From: Enterobacteria phage ATK47
DNA: 64,000 nt
Sequence record: NC_055708.1
Direction: 5' to 3' (one strand)
In this document: positions 60,924 through 64,000 of the stretch, piece by piece
How the letters are laid out: every line of letters starts with the position of its first letter
Numbering within the stretch: position 1 is the first letter of the stretch
The notes under the pieces: generated by a model
Database searches by the model: none
What the model saw: the letters and a program-made list of their open reading frames with translations, nothing else
What the model was told of the DNA's origin: nothing
Program-made: the position numbers and the translations under genes

Positions 60924-61179
60924 AGTGTACGGGTACGACTCTACTATTCATAAATGCATTTATTGCGATAATGCGAAACGATTGCTGACTGTTAAGAAAC
61001 AGCCATTCGAATTCATTAATGTTATGCCGGAAAAAGGTGTTTTTGATGATGAGAAAATTGCTGAGCTTCTGGCTAAGCTTGGACGTGAAACACATGTTGG
61101 ATTGACGATGCCTCAGGTGTTTGCTCCTGACGGAAGTCACATTGGTGGATTTGACCAACTACGAGAATATTTTAAATGA
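60916..61179 (+). CDS. nrdC: glutaredoxin (NrdC)
   Basis: MFKVYGYDSTIHKCIYCDNAKRLL; near-identical to recalled T4 NrdC; CxxC active site. Confidence 0.95.
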   Translation: MFKVYGYDSTIHKCIYCDNAKRLLTVKKQPFEFINVMPEKGVFDDEKIAELLAKLGRETHVGLTMPQVFAPDGSHIGGFDQLREYFK

Positions 61180-61472
61180 GTATTGATTTAACTTTCCCTG
61201 GCCCTTATGACCAGGGTGAATTAGAAGCTTTATTATATCAAGAAATGTGCTCTCGTGCCAAGAACGATATTCAGTATGCTATCGATAATCCATGGGGCGA
61301 ATTTCGAGTAATGATGGGTAATCGAATCATCGGTGTCCAATGGCGATTCGTTGGCCTTGAGCCTGAGGACTATGAAGAAAACGAGCACGGTGACTGGATT
61401 CCCGTTGGTGAATATCACTGGGAATACGGTGGTCCTGATTTTGAAGTCTCTTGTTCATGGGTAGAACAATAA
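61176..61472 (+). CDS. hypothetical protein (98 aa)
   Basis: ATGA overlap with nrdC. Confidence 0.55.
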   Translation: MSIDLTFPGPYDQGELEALLYQEMCSRAKNDIQYAIDNPWGEFRVMMGNRIIGVQWRFVGLEPEDYEENEHGDWIPVGEYHWEYGGPDFEVSCSWVEQ

Positions 61473-61490
61473 CCTGCGAGAAAATTTTAA

Positions 61491-61847
61491 ATGACATATT
61501 CATTAAATCTTAAAGATTTCCAGGATGTATACGAAGTTTGTGCCAATGAACTTGGTCCTGATGCTCCAACTATTATTGAAGTTTTAAATGTGCTACCTTC
61601 AACATTAGCTTACGAAGCCAAATCATGGGGATGGAACGACACTGTCGTTCGTGATGACCTTTACATCCTGATGAACGATATGATTGTTAAAAAGGCAGAA
61701 CCGGTTGCACCAATGGTTACCATTACCGTTGAAGAATATAATCGCCTGCAAGCCATTGAAGAGCTTCTGTGGAACATTGAATGTGACCTGCCGTCAGGGC
61801 TAGAATCCTGGATTGATTATGAAGAGCTCAATAAACTCCGGGGTTAA
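61491..61847 (+). CDS. hypothetical protein (118 aa)
   Basis: ORF in operon context, weak SD. Confidence 0.55.
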   Translation: MTYSLNLKDFQDVYEVCANELGPDAPTIIEVLNVLPSTLAYEAKSWGWNDTVVRDDLYILMNDMIVKKAEPVAPMVTITVEEYNRLQAIEELLWNIECDLPSGLESWIDYEELNKLRG

Positions 61848-61975
61848 ACCGTGGTATTCTGCTCGATGGGAGACTGTCGAGCCAGACGTTGAAACGGTTT
61901 ACAACGACGAAGAACCATGTTATGATGAACCTTCAATAAATGAATTAATTGATATGGAAATGGGAAGAGATTATT

Positions 61976-62146
61976 ATGCAAGTTAAATTATTGTACCGTT
62001 TATTAAAAAACGGCAAACATGATTGGTATTTGCTTATTAAAACCGATCCGAATTTTTTCTCTGGACAACCATTTACAGTTCGTCCTACTAAACGTCAGCT
62101 TCGCAAAGCTAAACGTTCTCATCGTAACTTTTATAGAGAATATTGA
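61976..62146 (+). CDS. small basic protein (56 aa), paralogue of 62571 ORF
   Basis: ATG 61976 with SD GGGAAGAG; shares KNG-x3-W...RPTKR-x-hR-x2-KR-x-HR-x-FY with 62571 ORF. Confidence 0.45.
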   Translation: MQVKLLYRLLKNGKHDWYLLIKTDPNFFSGQPFTVRPTKRQLRKAKRSHRNFYREY

Positions 62147-62147
62147 T

Positions 62148-62561
62148 ATGAATATTTCTGAAACTCGCGGTAAATGGTTCAAGATTGTTAAAGAAGATGA
62201 AGAACTACAAGTCAAGTTTCCTGAATTAAAGAAAGGAACAATCATCAAGGTAATTGGTACTACTACCGAAGATGGTTATGGCGACCATGGCATTATCGAA
62301 GTGATGTTGAACACAGGTGAGAAACTTTGCATCTATGACCGTGATACTTCTCTTTGGTGCTTCTGGGAATCCCATTCAATAGATGAACTCGAAGAAATTG
62401 ACCAAGTAGTTTGTGATGGTGGACTTGGCGAATTCGAAGGTGAACGTATTTCTTATGCTTTAGCTAAATTAGCTGGTCAAGAAAATAATGACGGTTATGA
62501 AGGTAATCTGATGCAAGCCGCAGCGGAATACATTGAATACTTAGAAAGACGTTTAAGTTAA
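62148..62561 (+). CDS. hypothetical acidic protein (137 aa)
   Basis: Flanked by the two small basic paralogues. Confidence 0.55.
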   Translation: MNISETRGKWFKIVKEDEELQVKFPELKKGTIIKVIGTTTEDGYGDHGIIEVMLNTGEKLCIYDRDTSLWCFWESHSIDELEEIDQVVCDGGLGEFEGERISYALAKLAGQENNDGYEGNLMQAAAEYIEYLERRLS

Positions 62562-62570
62562 AGGTTTATT

Positions 62571-62750
62571 ATGAAAACTGAACTATTTTATGGTGAAAGA
62601 AAAAATGGGCAAAAATCCTGGAAATTTATTATGATTGGGGCCCCAAACAATCCAAATATGAGGACTTCAATTATTTCAGAAACTCGTCCTACTAAAAGAA
62701 TGATTCGTCAGTATAAGCGTTTCCATCGAGACTTTTATAACGTTTACTAA
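62571..62750 (+). CDS. small basic protein (59 aa), paralogue of 61976 ORF
   Basis: SD AAAGG; below ORF track cutoff; conserved RPTKR...FY motif. Confidence 0.45.
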   Translation: MKTELFYGERKNGQKSWKFIMIGAPNNPNMRTSIISETRPTKRMIRQYKRFHRDFYNVY

Positions 62751-62752
62751 AT

Positions 62753-62760
62753 TATAAATA
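62753..62760 (+). promoter_or_regulatory. T4-type late promoter TATAAATA (gene 49)
   Basis: Exact TATAAATA 29 nt upstream of gene 49 ATG. Confidence 0.6.
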
Positions 62761-62783
62761 CCCTTATCTATTTAAGGTAAGGG
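62761..62783 (+). promoter_or_regulatory. SD-occluding hairpin upstream of gene 49
   Basis: CCCTTA / TAAGGG 6-bp stem, 11-nt loop; right arm is the SD region 6 nt before ATG. Confidence 0.5.
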
Positions 62784-62789
62784 TTTATC

Positions 62790-63263
62790 ATGTTATTATC
62801 AGGCGCAAAATATAAAGAAGAAAAACAAAAATTTTATGATGCACAGAACGGTAAGTGTCCTATTTGCCACCGTGAATTAGACCCTGATGTTCAAGGTAAC
62901 CATCTTGACCATGACCACGAATTAAAAGGGCCAAAAGCCGGTAGAGTTCGTGGTTTACTATGTAACCTGTGCAATGCAGCAGAAGGTCAAATGAAGCATA
63001 AGTTCAACCGTTCCGGTTTGAAAGGTCAAAACGTTGACTACTTAGAATGGCTTGAAGCTCTTCTTGCTTATTTGAAACAAGATTATTCTGATAATAATAT
63101 CCATCCTAATTTTGTTCCGGATAAAACTAAAGAGTTCTCAAGACTAGGTAAAGAGGAAATGATGACCGAGATGCTTCAAAGAGGATTTGAATATAATGAA
63201 TCTGATACTAAAACACAATTAATAGCTTCATTCAAAAAGCAGCTTAGAAAGAGTTTAAAATGA
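62790..63263 (+). CDS. 49: endonuclease VII (Holliday junction resolvase)
   Basis: MLLSGAKYKEEKQKFYDAQNGKCPICHREL...; near-identical to recalled T4 gp49. Confidence 0.95.
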   Translation: MLLSGAKYKEEKQKFYDAQNGKCPICHRELDPDVQGNHLDHDHELKGPKAGRVRGLLCNLCNAAEGQMKHKFNRSGLKGQNVDYLEWLEALLAYLKQDYSDNNIHPNFVPDKTKEFSRLGKEEMMTEMLQRGFEYNESDTKTQLIASFKKQLRKSLK

Positions 63264-64000
63264 AAATTGAAAAAGAAATTGAAGGATTAATTTATAAAAC
63301 TAATAAAGATCTTTTGAACGAGAATGCTAATAAAGATTCTCGTGTTTTTCCAACTCAACGGGACCTTATGGCTGGTATTGTGTCTAAGCACATTGCCAAA
63401 AATATGGTCCCGTCTTTTATTATGAATGCGCATGAAAGCGGAATCATTCATATGCATGATATTGATTATTCTCCTGCTCTTCCATTTACTAATTGCTGTT
63501 TAGTCGATTTAAAGGGGATGCTTGAGAATGGATTTAAATTAGGCAATGCTCAAATTGAAACGCCTAAATCGATTGGTGTTGCTACTGCAATTATGGCACA
63601 AATTACTGCACAAGTTGCTTCCCATCAATACGGCGGAACGACTTTTGCTAATGTAGATAAAGTACTTTCTCCTTATGTTAAACGCACCTATGCAAAACAT
63701 ATTGAGGATGCAGAAAAATGGCAAATCGCTGATGCGTTGAATTATGCTCAATCCAAAACAGAAAAAGATGTCTATGACGCATTCCAAGCTTATGAATATG
63801 AAGTAAATACTCTCTTTAGTTCAAACGGACAAACGCCTTTTGTAACAATTACATTTGGTACTGGAACTGATTGGACCGAACGAATGATTCAGAAGGCAAT
63901 TCTTAAAAACCGCATTAAAGGTCTTGGTCGTGATGGAATAACTCCTATTTTCCCTAAACTTGTTATGTTTGTCGAAGAGGGTGTTAATCTTTATAAAGAC
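63260..64000 (+). CDS. nrdD: anaerobic ribonucleoside-triphosphate reductase, 5' part (runs off window)
   Basis: MKIEKEIEGLIYKTNKDLLNENANKDSRVFPTQRDLMAG...; matches recalled T4 NrdD N-terminus. Confidence 0.93.
   Translation, partial: MKIEKEIEGLIYKTNKDLLNENANKDSRVFPTQRDLMAGIVSKHIAKNMVPSFIMNAHESGIIHMHDIDYSPALPFTNCCLVDLKGMLENGFKLGNAQIETPKSIGVATAIMAQITAQVASHQYGGTTFANVDKVLSPYVKRTYAKHIEDAEKWQIADALNYAQSKTEKDVYDAFQAYEYEVNTLFSSNGQTPFVTITFGTGTDWTERMIQKAILKNRIKGLGRDGITPIFPKLVMFVEEGVNLYKD

Overview
The window is a contiguous piece of a T4-like (T-even type) myovirus genome with no host DNA; all homology calls are from memory and motif inspection, with no database search run. From 1.1 to 29.7 kb the late structural and packaging module lies on the minus strand in exact T4 synteny (23-22-21-68-67-20-19-18-17-16-15-14-13-wac-12-11-10-9-8-7-6-5.4-5.1-5-53), with proteins close to but not identical with T4 as I recall them. 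A GIY-YIG homing-endonuclease cassette sits at the left edge. From 29.7 to 33.2 kb the plus strand carries genes 4-2-3-1-57A-57B (57B is the anti-CBASS phosphodiesterase Acb1 in T4). From 33.2 to 64 kb is a hyperplastic early region of about 70 mostly small plus-strand ORFs, driven by at least 19 T4-type early promoters, most embedded in palindromes. It contains five genes with the capsid-targeting leader of T4 internal proteins, two tRNAs (anticodons CAT and TCT), an ORF-free structured stretch, and recognisable nudE, e (lysozyme), denV, regB, tk, rI, nrdC, gene 49 and the 5' end of nrdD. The best candidates for undescribed biology are accessory ORFs: two Pol-beta-fold nucleotidyltransferase-like proteins (one beside a membrane protein, a late secreted peptide and an AAA+ ATPase), a macro-domain-like protein, a putative 2OG-Fe(II) oxygenase, a secreted lytic-transglycosylase-like protein, two tandem paralogue arrays, and a family of small membrane proteins sharing a C-terminal E-x-F-I-K-E-C-R tail. 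No rRNA, CRISPR array, integrase or transposase was seen.
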